Program-made: the position numbers and the translations under genes | Shown here: piece by piece, positions 40,208 through 50,916 of the stretch | Position numbering within the stretch: position 1 is the stretch's first letter | How the letters are laid out: each line of letters begins with the position of its first letter | Notes under the pieces: model-generated | The model's input: only the letters and a program-made list of their open reading frames with translations | What the model was told of the DNA's origin: nothing | The model's database searches: none | Virus record (IMG/VR): IMGVR_UViG_3300028591_000070 | Location: 128,001-192,000 of that record | DNA: 64,000 nt | Source of the DNA: a virus | Lineage: Duplodnaviria; Caudoviricetes | Direction: 5' to 3' (one strand)

Positions 40208-40358
40208 ATAAAATAAGAGTTCTTTATATCTATAACTAAGCGCTCTATTTGTAGCTATAGATTTCACAGTGAACTTCGTGAACTTCTAATATCTGTGGAA
40301 GGCTGCGATTTTAGCTTATTAGTTCTAAAACCTCTGACACCAGTACCTTCAACGAGTT

Positions 40359-40432
40359 TGGAACATGTCGGACTTGAACCGACGACCTTCAGCTTGCAAA
40401 GCTGACACTCTAGCCAACTGAGTTAATGCCCC
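40359..40432 (-). tRNA. tRNA-Ala(TGC) (operon B)
   Basis: tcagc-TTTGCAA-gctga, G3-U70. Confidence 0.9.
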
Positions 40433-40440
40433 ATATAAAA

Positions 40441-40514
40441 AACATATAGAATAAAACTTGCGAGCTATATTTCAAACCCAAATCGAAGTAACTCACAAAA
40501 GCTGCTTATATGTT
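40441..40514 (-). ncRNA. Minimal Y-RNA-like module
   Basis: AAGCAG..GAGTTACTTCG, terminal stem aacatata/tatatgtt. Confidence 0.65.
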
Positions 40515-40519
40515 CTTAG

Positions 40520-40593
40520 CGAAAGCCATAGGACTCGAACCTACAATCTCCACCAACCCCTAGGTGGTGATGAACCAATTCATCTCTGCTTTC
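40520..40593 (-). tRNA. Atypical tRNA-Pro-like (AGG/GGG; 8-nt loop) (operon B)
   Basis: ccacc-TAGGGGTT-ggtgg; D and T arms intact. Confidence 0.5.
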
Positions 40594-40597
40594 AAAG

Positions 40598-40688
40598 CGG
40601 AAGCGGCAGGAATTGAACCTGTAAGACGCCCTCATCAGGCAATCGGCTGTTTTCAAGACAGATGAGCTCACCAATGCTCAGCACTTCC
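40598..40688 (-). tRNA. tRNA-Ser(TGA) (operon B)
   Basis: Loop CTTGAAA, long V arm, G73. Confidence 0.85.
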
Positions 40689-40702
40689 ATAATAATTTTT
40701 AG

Positions 40703-40778
40703 TCGGGCAGAGAGGACTCGAACCTCCGTTGAATGCTTGGTCCCAAACCAAGTGGCATCGCCGCTAGCCGACTGCCCG
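40703..40778 (-). tRNA. tRNA-Pro(TGG) (operon B)
   Basis: cttgg-TTTGGGA-ccaag. Confidence 0.9.
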
Positions 40779-40952
40779 ATAAACATCTTCGTGGAACTGG
40801 ATCCCTTGTTATACCACATTAGCTATCGCAATCACTTTATTGACTAGATAAAGTGCTCTACGAAATCACTACCAGACCCATATTGGTAAGCTACTTCATT
40901 TGCTATAGTCATCACAAATTTTTTACTTATTCTTCCAATACAAGAAAGATTT

Positions 40953-41023
40953 TCTGGTATGATGGAGTTGAACCACCGCCCCAAGTCTCCAAAGCTCGCA
41001 TGCTACCGTAACACCTATACCAG
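40953..41023 (-). tRNA. tRNA-Pro(TGG), first gene of operon B
   Basis: Loop TTTGGAG, C1-G72. Confidence 0.8.
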
Positions 41024-41027
41024 ATAT

Positions 41028-41068
41028 AAAATAAAAAAGGTCTTTCATTTCTGAAAGACCTTAAGTAA
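41028..41068 (-). terminator. Attenuator terminator B
   Basis: RNA aaggucuuuca/ugaaagaccuu plus U-tract; 5' arm complementary to the end of leader B. Confidence 0.85.
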
Positions 41069-41090
41069 ATCTATAAAAAAACTTATAACC

Positions 41091-41228
41091 TTACTTAAAG
41101 TCTTTCTCCTTTTTACCGGCAATAACCCATTTAGAAGAACAAGGCACAATACGAGGGGCAACTGCTTTCGCAGACGCAATAGAAGAGGCACAAATAATTG
41201 AACGACCGATAATTCCATTCTCTACCAT
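41091..41228 (-). CDS. Leader peptide B: MVENGIIGRSIICASSIASAKAVAPRIVPCSSKWVIAGKKEKDFK
   Basis: SD aaggag; residues 5-40 use only G/I/R/S/C/A/K/V/P/W, the tRNA set of operon B. Confidence 0.9.
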   Translation of the reverse strand: MVENGIIGRSIICASSIASAKAVAPRIVPCSSKWVIAGKKEKDFK

Positions 41229-41342
41229 AATCTTATTCTCCTTTATATTAAGTTTATACTATAATTAGTACAGTTACCAAAAATAACTTAATAAAATATT
41301 AACATTGTTTTTAGTATTTTATTAAATTATCTTCAAAAAAGA

Positions 41343-42230
41343 AAGCTGAGATTTATTGACTTTCCTCTGCGTCCATCTTCATCACTTTCGCAACTTAACC
41401 ACACTTTCATTTCTGAAAGTAGAACGCATAGCGAATAACTTAAAGGTGTTATCTACCTACTACAATAAGACTAATAATTTCATTTTTCATCCCTAGCGGC
41501 TTGCGGCCTAAGAAGCTTGCGGGCTCCTACCAGTTGATTACTTCAATCCATTCTTGACTTTCCTTGCGGTACTCACCAAGTCAACATATTACAGTTGAAT
41601 AACGCTATTTTCATCTTATCGTGACCAACACTTTTGCTTATCATGGCACAAAATGCTGGACTTGAACCAGCCACATTTAGATTAATAGTCTAACGCTCTA
41701 TCCTACTGAGCTAATTCTGTAATTATCGGTGAACTTCCTTGGGAGACGAGGTTGACCTTAATACCATGGCACCTTTTGAGTGCTTTAGGTAAATCGCCTC
41801 TCTTTTTTCGTCTGCTAAACTACTCAATCTAATAAAGTCAACATCTCTCACTTTCGCTTAAGCGTCAACATAATTCGTTATCATCTCACTCAGAATTTTG
41901 CATGTTCTTATTAGATGATATACATATCCCATATGTAAGCTTTCGACCCACATTCTTTTCAATCTTGTCTTTTAGACTTGATCTAAGCTCGTTGTTCAAC
42001 CGAGCAATACCACTGCAAACCTCAGCATTTGCCATCAATCTGCGCCATAGTATCTTGAATATGTAGTTTTCGTATGAAGTGATAAATCACCGCTGCACCT
42101 TTACGAATGCAACTTTCGCCGCTTATGAATTCACGGTTTATTCTAACGACTAGAAACCAGCCGGTGAACCCGAAGGTTCGATTAAATTACTGAGGATTGA
42201 ACCTCTATAACCTTGTAGTTAAGTAATTTA
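41343..42230 (-). ncRNA. Large structured ncRNA, GOLLD-like candidate with embedded tRNA
   Basis: ~890 nt without ORF, many GNRA/UUCG-capped hairpins (cGCAAg x3, gGCGAAAg, cUUCGg), own upstream TGTTAATAT motif. Confidence 0.5.
41644..41720 (-). tRNA. tRNA-Asn(ATT) with encoded CCA, inside the large ncRNA
   Basis: ttaga-CTATTAA-tctaa, G73-CCA. Confidence 0.8.
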
Positions 42231-42270
42231 TAATAATATATTAACAAGTTTTTTGAAAGCTTGCAAAAAA

Positions 42271-42407
42271 GATTGAGAATTTTGTGAAAAAGTATTTTTA
42301 CGGCGTGCTAACCAACTACACTAAAGCTCCCATAAACGGAGCTTACAGGATTCGAACCTGTGATACCGGCGTGATAGGCGAAGTAACTTTTTCGATCTGC
42401 ATCAATC
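42271..42407 (-). ncRNA. YrlA-like Y RNA with circularly permuted tRNA-Asp-like domain
   Basis: ATGCAG..AGTTACTTCG, then tcacgccgg, T arm, closed acceptor hairpin aagctcc/ggagctt, D arm. Confidence 0.8.
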
Positions 42408-42413
42408 TATATT

Positions 42414-42536
42414 CGGAAGGTGGGATTCGAACCCACTCTCATTTTTGAGCGGCAACTCAACGTTTTTGTCCTACCAGCCATTTTTCGATACTTTTATCAA
42501 GATTGCCGTCTCTCAATTTTCTCTAGGTAGCTTCCG
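42414..42536 (-). ncRNA. tRNA-shell RNA with insertion
   Basis: cggaag/cttccg ends, T arm GTGGGTTCGAATCCCAC, inner stem cggcaa/ttgccg. Confidence 0.55.
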
Positions 42537-42622
42537 CATAATTTGTTGCTGCTTATTAGCAGCTTATTTAGAATATACCAACAATCAAAATTAAATTCAA
42601 AAATAAATTTAATTTTTTATAA

Positions 42623-42698
42623 AACTTTTATGTAGGATTTGAACCTACGCTTCCGACACAGCGGGCCGGCGCTCTGACCAACTAAGCTAACAAAAGTC
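42623..42698 (-). tRNA. Atypical tRNA-like gene (GCT loop, short V, extended acceptor)
   Basis: D and T arms canonical; loop CCGCTGT. Confidence 0.5.
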
Positions 42699-42961
42699 TT
42701 CAATGCTACCCTCAAATCCGTCGATAGAGGACATCTACTCTTATATTCCGTCGAACATAATTCTAATTAAAAGATCCTCTCTACCAGCATAACCTGTTGT
42801 AGAGAGGCAAAAAGCAGAGTCGGTACTAGTCTAGAACTAGATTTCGTCTTAGTCACGTTTAGGAGATTGGACTCACTCCTTAACCTACTCAGATACCCTT
42901 TAATTGATTGTGTCTTTATTCTCACCTTCGTGGCCACCATCGTGGAAGACACAATATTATA

Positions 42962-44096
42962 TTAACAATCCTGATTAATCAATAAAGGAATGTAACTTTT
43001 AAGTTCTTCATCATCTAAATCATATTGTTTTTGATAATCCATAAATTCTCTTTTTGACATTGTAGAACCATCACTAAGTTCAATAGGACTATGTAAATCT
43101 TCTTCAATTTCTTTTTGTCTCTTAATTATAAGTTCATGTCTGGCACCATCTAAAAAAGTCATTTCAAGCCAATATTTAGACTTTTCTTTTCCAGTTCTAG
43201 AACTTTTCCATTTAGCTTCTGCGGCTTTAAAATCTTTTTCTATTTTAGTTATTAGACCTACAGTTTCTGTTATAGCAATATCCATACTTAGAATATACTT
43301 TTAAAAATAGAAAAGTGCCCAAAAAATGGACACTTTAATAGAGTTATTTGCTGTATAAAACCTTGTACCAGCTTTTTATGATTTTTTCTTCATTTTTGTG
43401 AAGCCATCTCATAAATTGCTCTTCAGTTTTAAGATTATTTGGAATGATATTTCTTTTAACAAGAAAAGGAATCAAGCCTCTATCACAAGATGCTTGTGTA
43501 TAATCATGCCAATTAACTTTTCTAACTGAAACCCAAGTAGCTCCTGGCTCTAAATCTGACATTAAAGGCTGATGATATAAAGTTTTTGAAACTTTTTTAT
43601 ATGTTGGTTCCCAAGTTGTCCAATGCTTGTGAAAATGTCTTCCATATTCGCCTACATTTGGATTGAAAACCCAATCATCATGTGCTTCTTTATGCCAGCC
43701 AATTACGACCTTATAAGATAATTCATATTCAATTGTTATGAATTTAGCATCTCTGTATCTCTGATATTCTACCCAAGGATTGTACCAGACATCCCAATAA
43801 TAACACTGTTCTTTTAAGGCTTCATTAAACTCTCTTCTAAGAGTGCAAAGGTCATCCTCGAATTTGCTTCTCCCATCTGAAGGCCAAGACCAAGGATCTG
43901 CACTTTTGCAACCAAAGTCTCTACCTTTTGCGGTAATTTTTTCAGAAGGGCGAGCATTGTCGCCATCATCAATGAATTTTAATTCTTCTTTTAATAATGT
44001 ACGGATTTTTCTTCTTACTGAACGGTGATATTCTGTTCTACAAACTTTATCACCTCTGTATGAAGGAGTATAACCTCTTCTGTAACTTCTGCTCAT
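42962..44096 (-). CDS. Two hypothetical proteins (43344-44096 'MSRSYRR' basic N-terminus; 42962-43285)
   Basis: ORF track, SD or promoter-proximal starts. Confidence 0.6.
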
Positions 44097-44430
44097 GTTT
44101 TGAATCTCCTATAGCTCAAAACACTGCATATTTTCTCATTAAATTTTCCTCCATAAAAAGTCCGAAGTTTTTCTTTCAGTTGCCACAACCAAGTATTTTT
44201 CAACCCACGTCCCATTAAGACAACCTACAACTAGAGCTTTTGGTAAAACTTTCTACCCATATTCATCATATGGTAACCATTGTAAAGGCCTTTATGCTTG
44301 TTCCGCCATGCTCCCCACATCACAAGCTGATGTCTCGGTAATTTTTCATACCAGCCTTACCTTGGGCTCATACTTCCTTTCCCCAAGTACTCTTAGGAAT
44401 TCACGTGTCCTAAACTATCCCACGATAAAA

Positions 44431-44521
44431 AGCTAAGTGCAGGGACAGGTTCGGTATTTGCAACCTGCACTTTCCATTGGAACCACACAAATATGAAGTA
44501 ACCTGTCGTGGTAGCACATGC
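44431..44521 (-). ncRNA. Divergent Y-RNA-like module downstream of Ro60
   Basis: GACAGGTTACTTC paired with AACCTGTC. Confidence 0.5.
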
Positions 44522-44608
44522 TCGAGTTTGATAATTTATATAGCGGTCAACTCTGATTAACATGCTTGCTTTACAATCGCTGGCAGTCTAAACGTTTTCA
44601 ACTGCTTT

Positions 44609-44681
44609 TAGAGTAGATGGGAATTGAACCCACGCACGTTCCCGTTTTAGGCGGGCCGCTCTACCACTGAGCTACTACTCA
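44609..44681 (-). tRNA. Atypical tRNA-like gene (TAA loop with C33, non-Leu body)
   Basis: Canonical D/T arms, loop CCTAAAA, U1.U72 mismatch. Confidence 0.55.
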
Positions 44682-44813
44682 TATCACTGTATCATTCTAT
44701 AGTTTTTATTGCGCAATTATTATACTATACTTCAACAGCTTAACCATTTATAGATTATACCAATCTAATTCATTTAGTTGAAAAATGGCAGGCAAAAAGC
44801 CCACCATTTATGA

Positions 44814-46499
44814 TTATTGCTGATTTACAGCATGTCTACCAGCTTTCTTGGCCTGTTTTTCCTGGTCTTTCTGAGCTTCGATAGCATCCCACTGCTTGAT
44901 ATAAGCGTCAGCGAATAATGCTTCTTTTCCTGTCCAACCATACAAGAATGCTGTACGGTAGCTCATTTCTGGAATAAGAACATTATCATATCCAGCTGTT
45001 TGACAGCTAAATACATTTACCTTTGGATTTACCTTTTTGCGATATTCCTGAATAAGTGCATAAACATTGATCATATGACCCTTACATCTGAAGCTTCTGT
45101 AGTCATCATCATTAAGACCATATAATCCACCTGTTCCTGCCTGCTGGTCTGAGAAAATGAAAATATTATCATAAACTTCTTTCTTTGCAATTGCATCTTT
45201 GAAGAATAACCAAATACCATTCTCAGTACCACCACCTACATCGTTATCTCCTCTGCTTGATAAAAGCTTTGTCTGAGCAAGAGCACCATTTCTCTTAGAA
45301 ACTGGAGATGTAATAAGTCTGTCACCAAATTTACCAACATAACCTTCATCTGAAGCTTTTGCAATTAAAATTGAAGACAAGTTGTCAATATCAGCAATAG
45401 TAGTCCTTCCATATTCAGAAGTAAATCCATGCCATGCAGAACCTGAGTTGTCAGAAAGAACCATTGTCTTTCCCTTCAACTTTGGTAAGTTTTCAATTGC
45501 AATGTCCATACACTCTTCAAGAGCATCAAGAATTAAAGTCTGGTGATTGATACCTGAAGCCTCTTCAATCATCTGATATGCATTCCAATATCTGAATGGG
45601 AACTGCTTACCTTTAAGGACTCCACCTTTCAAATCTTCCAAAACTTTCTTACAGAATTCTGTGTCTTTTACATCTGTGAAGATGTTTCTCAAGTTGCGTA
45701 AAAGAGCCATGTGCTGCATACAGCCTGACTCATAGATTTCACGCCAACCCATTCCAGCAGAGCGTTTCTGTTCCCAAGTTTCCCTGTCTTCAGTAACCTT
45801 TACTGTACCTGTCTGCATCAACTCATTCAAAACTGGTGAGTTTGCATGAGAAATACGAACACCATTGATCATACCAATTTCGTGGTTCTTGTATTTGTTA
45901 ACAGCATAAGCATCCAATGAGCTAAGTTTCTTAGCAATAGACTTTTTCAAGATTGTTGGAATCTTGTTTTTCTTACCACCATTAATATACATGTAATATG
46001 TAAGCTGAGTAAGTGGCTCATCTGCACGAGACATAACCAACTTTTCTACAGCTGCAAACTTTCCAGGATTTGCATTACAGAAATCAGCACGCTTTGGATG
46101 GATTGCTGCACGTACCATAATAACCTGTGGATTAAGGCGCATATTGTATGTTTTACGCAAATCAACTGCAAAGTCCAAAGTTCCGCCAAAGTCATAATCC
46201 AATGCCTTATCAATAGCTTCAGTAAATACCTCTGTTGTTGATTTTCCTGCACTAGCAGAGAAGATTGCATACATAGCTGGATCGGTAAATTCCTTTTGCC
46301 AAGAGAATTTTCCATCCTTTACATCTTTTCTGTAATAAGAAGCCTCACCAAAAATTGATGATGCTGAAATCAACTTGAGAGTATCAAGTGGATTTACTTT
46401 GTAAGAATCGCCACCCATAAAGTTTGTAACGATTTCATCTGGTCTAAGTTTATTCATCTCATTCATCTGAGATACTGCTTTAGCCATTTTCTTGCTCAT
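44814..46499 (-). CDS. rsr: Ro60/Rsr TROVE-vWA RNA-binding protein
   Basis: 'NFMGG.SY', 'MALLRNLRNI', 'FPFRY', vWA MIDAS-like 'SDNSGS', 'IFSD.Q'. Confidence 0.93.
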   Translation of the reverse strand: MSKKMAKAVSQMNEMNKLRPDEIVTNFMGGDSYKVNPLDTLKLISASSIFGEASYYRKDVKDGKFSWQKEFTDPAMYAIFSASAGKSTTEVFTEAIDKALDYDFGGTLDFAVDLRKTYNMRLNPQVIMVRAAIHPKRADFCNANPGKFAAVEKLVMSRADEPLTQLTYYMYINGGKKNKIPTILKKSIAKKLSSLDAYAVNKYKNHEIGMINGVRISHANSPVLNELMQTGTVKVTEDRETWEQKRSAGMGWREIYESGCMQHMALLRNLRNIFTDVKDTEFCKKVLEDLKGGVLKGKQFPFRYWNAYQMIEEASGINHQTLILDALEECMDIAIENLPKLKGKTMVLSDNSGSAWHGFTSEYGRTTIADIDNLSSILIAKASDEGYVGKFGDRLITSPVSKRNGALAQTKLLSSRGDNDVGGGTENGIWLFFKDAIAKKEVYDNIFIFSDQQAGTGGLYGLNDDDYRSFRCKGHMINVYALIQEYRKKVNPKVNVFSCQTAGYDNVLIPEMSYRTAFLYGWTGKEALFADAYIKQWDAIEAQKDQEKQAKKAGRHAVNQQ

Positions 46500-46582
46500 A
46501 TTCTATAAGCCTCCTTATAAGTTATATAAAATAAAAAAGCACTTACCAAAATGATAAGTGCTTTTCCAATATTCAAAATAAA

Positions 46583-46696
46583 ATGCTTAAGAATAAAAAT
46601 AACAGTTTTGCAGCCAACCTGCTAAATAGGACTCGAACCTAAACACTTTTTCTCATGCATTGAAACGAAGTAACTGTTATATGCTGCTTTAAGCAT
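46583..46696 (-). ncRNA. Y-RNA-like module with T-arm cargo, upstream of Ro60
   Basis: AAGCAG..CAGTTACTTCG; TAGGTTCGAGTCCTA. Confidence 0.75.
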
Positions 46697-46719
46697 GTAA
46701 TTTTTATATGTAAAAAAAC

Positions 46720-46799
46720 ACTTAAGAAATAATGAATGAGTTTAAATTTTACAATTATAAAGGCCAAATTGTGAAGTAACTCATTCGGCTGCATTAAGT
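46720..46799 (-). ncRNA. Minimal Y-RNA-like module
   Basis: AATGCAG..GAGTTACTTC, pairing ACTCATTC, terminal stem. Confidence 0.7.
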
Positions 46800-46866
46800 A
46801 TATTTTTATATTAACAATAACGGTGAAAATTACTAAAATTTTTTCAATTTTTCCTTAATGACCCTT

Positions 46867-46974
46867 GGACAAGTCGTACTCAACCAATAATCATTTGTTC
46901 ATTTCCACCGAAGTCTTTAAGACTTAAACCTTAGCATGTTGTTGAAGTAACCAGAATTACCGCATCCCTTGTCC
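46867..46974 (-). ncRNA. Divergent Y-RNA-like module
   Basis: ATGCGG..GGTTACTTC, terminal ggacaag/cttgtcc. Confidence 0.45.
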
Positions 46975-47088
46975 TTAGATGGTCACAGAGAATAACAACC
47001 CAGGTTTTTTCATAAACTATAAAAATTCATGAAAGTCTCAAAAAGAGTTCTCGCTCTCACTTAAGTGAGGACCAATCACTTAAGCTAT

Positions 47089-47162
47089 TGGCGCTGACAG
47101 GGCTCGAACCTGCATAGAACTGTTTAGAAGACAGTTTGCACATCCAATTGGCACACAGCGTC
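47089..47162 (-). tRNA. tRNA-Arg(TCT)
   Basis: actgt-CTTCTAA-acagt. Confidence 0.85.
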
Positions 47163-47203
47163 ATATATGTTAATTAGTTTATATTAAAATATTAACATTC
47201 AAT

Positions 47204-47614
47204 TTATTCAGTTTCTTTAACACGACCTGAATTAAAAATAAGTAAAGCATCATCTAAGTTGCAATATACTTTACCATCAACTTTATGATGATCTGCATCT
47301 GTATAAATAACACCTATAATAGCATAATGCTCTTCAGTTTCATCTTTCCAAAAGTCATATTTAGAATTTGGATTATTTGGAAGTTGTACTAATATAAGCA
47401 TTCGAGAACTCATACATTTTGTCTGTAAAACAACTGCATCTTTAATATTAGGAATAATAGATTTTGCTTTTGTTGTTGATTCTACTTTTTCTTCAGGAGT
47501 TGGCTCATCAATTTCCATTTGTCCAATAGACCATGAATAAGGATCTTCTTTCTCCATACAAGAAGAAAATAGCACACCAATTAAACAAATAAATAAAACA
47601 AAATACTTTTTCAT
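47204..47614 (-). CDS. Putative lipoprotein
   Basis: MKKYFVLFICLIGVLFSSC: signal peptide ending in a spirochaete-like lipobox. Confidence 0.6.
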   Translation of the reverse strand: MKKYFVLFICLIGVLFSSCMEKEDPYSWSIGQMEIDEPTPEEKVESTTKAKSIIPNIKDAVVLQTKCMSSRMLILVQLPNNPNSKYDFWKDETEEHYAIIGVIYTDADHHKVDGKVYCNLDDALLIFNSGRVKETE

Positions 47615-47722
47615 CCTAATCCTCAAGAGAAGCAAGTCCTAGCATTACAGATACAGCAACAACACCTACAATTAAAACTACTGCAATTACGCCTAACAAT
47701 ACTTTCATAATTACTCCACAAA

Positions 47723-47794
47723 AGGACCTATCCGGAATTGAACCGGACTCCACTCTTTAGGAGAGAGTTATTCTATCCGTTAAACTATAGGTCC
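47723..47794 (-). tRNA. tRNA-Arg(CCT)
   Basis: actct-CTCCTAA-agagt. Confidence 0.88.
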
Positions 47795-47806
47795 AATTAA
47801 GTGAGA

Positions 47807-48022
47807 TTAAACTCTTTCCCACTTATAGCCGTAAGCGCTATTACAAGTCCAATCTTTACCATAGTAATGCTGCTTACCATTTACTGCATGAGTAATTGCT
47901 ACTTTTGCTGCGTTTACAGATGCTGCTTTACCTTCTTCTACAAGCCACTCACCAGCAGCTGTCATAGAAGCAAACTTTTTTGTTTTCTTTCCCATAATGC
48001 ACTTTACTGCGCTTTTATACAT
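47807..48022 (-). CDS. Small NUMOD1/HTH-like DNA-binding protein
   Basis: 'KKFASMTAAGEWL...I..AVNG...SAYGYKWE'. Confidence 0.55.
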   Translation of the reverse strand: MYKSAVKCIMGKKTKKFASMTAAGEWLVEEGKAASVNAAKVAITHAVNGKQHYYGKDWTCNSAYGYKWERV

Positions 48023-48147
48023 GTGTTACCACCTTTAAAAATAGAATTAAAAATAAGTGTTGCTTTTAAGTCTTGGGAGCATTTATAGAGGTCCATATCT
48101 CAGAACTTGTAAATCTGTACCATCGGAAGCTAGCAACAAGCTATGCC

Positions 48148-48224
48148 TCAGCAATCCCGACTCGAACGGTGCTCTCCAACCTCGGGGTAAAAGGCTGGTG
48201 TGTTACCGCCTACACCAATTGCTA
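48148..48224 (-). ncRNA. tRNA-like RNA with 7-bp anticodon stem and 9-nt loop
   Basis: ccagcct-TTTACCCCG-aggttgg; D and T arms present. Confidence 0.55.
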
Positions 48225-48680
48225 CCATCTGTGGCGAGCAGCTCTTTTTTGTCCCAGTGAAAAAGAGTAAAAGTCCCCGACTACCTACCCAGTACGTCGA
48301 TTTCAGGCGCCCATTAACGTTTCTGCACTAGTCGCTATGCAACGGGAGCATTGTCTCCACGGAAGCTAGTTAGCCCTGTGCTTTTAGCAAACCATTGAAA
48401 AGAATTTAGTTTACCAAAAACCTAATCATGTTCCGTATTCATCAGACTATGTCTATCTCCAGGTCTATATCATTTTACATATTAGCTCGTGCGCTGGAGC
48501 CTGCACTGGATGAGTTACCATAGTCACTACTCATTTCCATTAGCACTAATAAGGCATGTTCGTATGTATCAAATTAAATTGATGCTTGCCACTACTGGAT
48601 TCTCACTAGGGAAGTGGTCCTCCTTAATAGCTTTCTGAAACATGCAAGTCAACATCAACCTATTTATAGAATATACTTTT

Positions 48681-50220
48681 TTATTCAAATAAGTTCAACA
48701 TGTTATTAAGTATTCTTTCAAGTTCTGGAGCATCTCTTTCATTAAAAGATGTTGATGTTTTAATTCCAGATTTTAATTTAAGAGCATAATTATCAAAAAT
48801 ATCTACATAGAAAAAATTATCCTCATAAACAACTCGCAATATTTCTGAAGTACAATTACACTCAAAATAGCCAATTTCATTATAAGGTGGATGACTAATA
48901 TAATCTCTTAATCTTAAGACTGTTTCCTTTCTAAGAAGAATATGCTCCCATCCTTCTCTCTTTTTTAAGGCTTTAGAATTTAAAATTGTAATTCCAAGCC
49001 AAGGTTCATCATTATGAAAAACAAAATAAAGAACATCACCATCTTGACAATAAAACTTATCTTCTATATAATCTTTCATAAGCTTAATCCCACCAGCTAT
49101 CACCATTCTCTGCCATATATTCAGCAATCTCATGGTAAAGATTTTTGCGATCTTGTCTATAAAGCTCTTCAGCTTCACAAAGCCTTTTACTCTTTTCGTC
49201 TGGATCTTTAACAGAGTCCCACATCTGATAATATTTATCATCTGTATCACTCATATAAATGAGTTTCTTAAGCATATGTCTAAAATGCAAAAGTTCTACC
49301 AAGTTTCTTCTCAAACCTCTTGCCTTAGATTTGATATAAGGTGATAATTTAGCATAAACTTTCATATCATCTATAGTCATTGTTTGAGCGCCACTAAGGA
49401 AACTTTTTAATACATCTATTTTAATGCCTTTGTCATCAACAATTTTTTGAATATCAGTCCAAGTATAGCAAGAAGGGAAATATGTTACACCTTCTTCTTT
49501 TTTAACTCTATACTGTGGAGCTTCTTCATGTCCTAAATCTGGCTCATCTAAATTTAAGTAATACTGTTTTTTCTTTTCAGGAATTTCAGAAGGTGGAATC
49601 TGCTCATCATAAGTCCTTTTAATTCCCCAAGTAGTTGTCCATCCCCATCCATCAAACGCATCATTATGATATAAATAATAATGAAGTAAGCCACTATCCG
49701 AAATAGACTTATCAACCTCTTCGTTTCCAATCCACCAAGAGTTTTCAAAACCTACATATTTTTTGTGTTTGCGATCTTTTTTTGTAACAGTTTCACGTAA
49801 TTCTTTATCTGAGTAAAGTTCTATTCTATGAAAGTTCCAACAATATTTATATTTTTTTGGGTTTTTTTCACAATTATCTAAAACTTGTCTGGCAAAAATA
49901 CCTCTATCACTATCTGTAGCGCCTTCTTCAAAAAATCTAAAAGAGTCAACATAAAAATATTGATGATAAGAATATTTTTTAAGGTTATGAAACATGTGCT
50001 CTGTTTTTAAAAGAGCCATCTGTAAAATGTCTGAGTCTCCATTCCAAGTACAAGTTAGGGTATCACGAGCTCTTTTGTCATATTTTGAAGGCTCATATTT
50101 CTGAGTATCATCATTGAGATAATAGTGTGGTGTCTTTCTGAAACGATACCAATATTCTGTTTCGACAAACTGAGAAATAACCCTTTTTAATTCGCGGAAT
50201 GGTTTTAATATTTTTATCAT
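48681..50220 (-). CDS. Two hypothetical proteins (49084-~50220; 48681-~49079)
   Basis: ORF track; likely starts at the internal Met after the GTTAATAT motif and after the upstream stop. Confidence 0.6.
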
Positions 50221-50236
50221 AATAATTAATATTAAC

Positions 50237-50731
50237 TTAGAGATAATATACTTCAATGTCGATAAGACTGTCTTTGAAAGTATCTTTGATAATAGAAGAA
50301 ACTATATCCCAATCTAATCCATCTAAACCACAACCAATTTTAGGTATTCTAAGTATGGAAATATCATATTGTATACAGTTACATTTTAATTGTTTTATGG
50401 CCTCAGTTATAGTTTCATAAGTGGGCTTTCCATATGTAAATTCTTTTGTTATAAGCTCAATTTCTAAAAGATAATGGTCTCCATTTATTCTGTTAAAACA
50501 TAAACTCCACCCATGTCCTTGCCATGGATTTTCTTTTAAGAAGCGTTTTACAAATGTATCAGACTGAAAAATTTGACCTATAAAAATAGGAGCTATTCCA
50601 GCACCATATTTTCCGTCATTTGCTATACAATGAGCATAAGCTATATTTCTATCAGCTGGTAAAATAAAAGTATTATCACCTATTTTTTGGAAATGCTGAA
50701 ATAAATCACCTCTGATTTCTGTAAATGTCAT
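50237..50731 (-). CDS. Macro domain ADP-ribose hydrolase (TARG1/Poa1p/DarG-like)
   Basis: 'GDLF', 'AHCIANDGKYGAGIA', 'LITK', 'IPKIGCGLDGLDW'. Confidence 0.88.
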   Translation of the reverse strand: MTFTEIRGDLFQHFQKIGDNTFILPADRNIAYAHCIANDGKYGAGIAPIFIGQIFQSDTFVKRFLKENPWQGHGWSLCFNRINGDHYLLEIELITKEFTYGKPTYETITEAIKQLKCNCIQYDISILRIPKIGCGLDGLDWDIVSSIIKDTFKDSLIDIEVYYL

Positions 50732-50735
50732 ATGT

Positions 50736-50909
50736 TGATGTAGGAGGGATTTGAACCGCTCGAGTAAATCTGCCTTTCACCATTGGTACCATTGACTACT
50801 TAGCATGATGCCTTTCGACTTATAAACTACTAATCTGAACAGGTTCGCGAATGATCAGCTTTTCATCTATATTACTCACCAAATCCTTACTCATCGTAAG
50901 GCTACACCA
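50736..50909 (-). ncRNA. tRNA-shell RNA with large insertion
   Basis: ggtgtag/ctacatc ends, T loop GGTTCAAATCC, inner stem gagtaa/ttactc. Confidence 0.5.
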
Positions 50910-50916
50910 TATAAAA

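Noticed and set aside
41355-41372. GAGGAAAGTC resembling RNase P RNA P4
   Set aside because: It lies at the 3' end of the tract, with no room for the rest of RNase P or the complementary P4 strand.
44609-44681. Amber suppressor (CTA) and stop-codon recoding
   Set aside because: The stem register gives loop CCTAAAA (TAA). Genes are intact in the standard code and several end in TAG.
48320-48460. Hammerhead ribozyme (CTGATGA...GAAAC on the minus strand)
   Set aside because: The core elements are over 100 nt apart and I could not build stems I-III.
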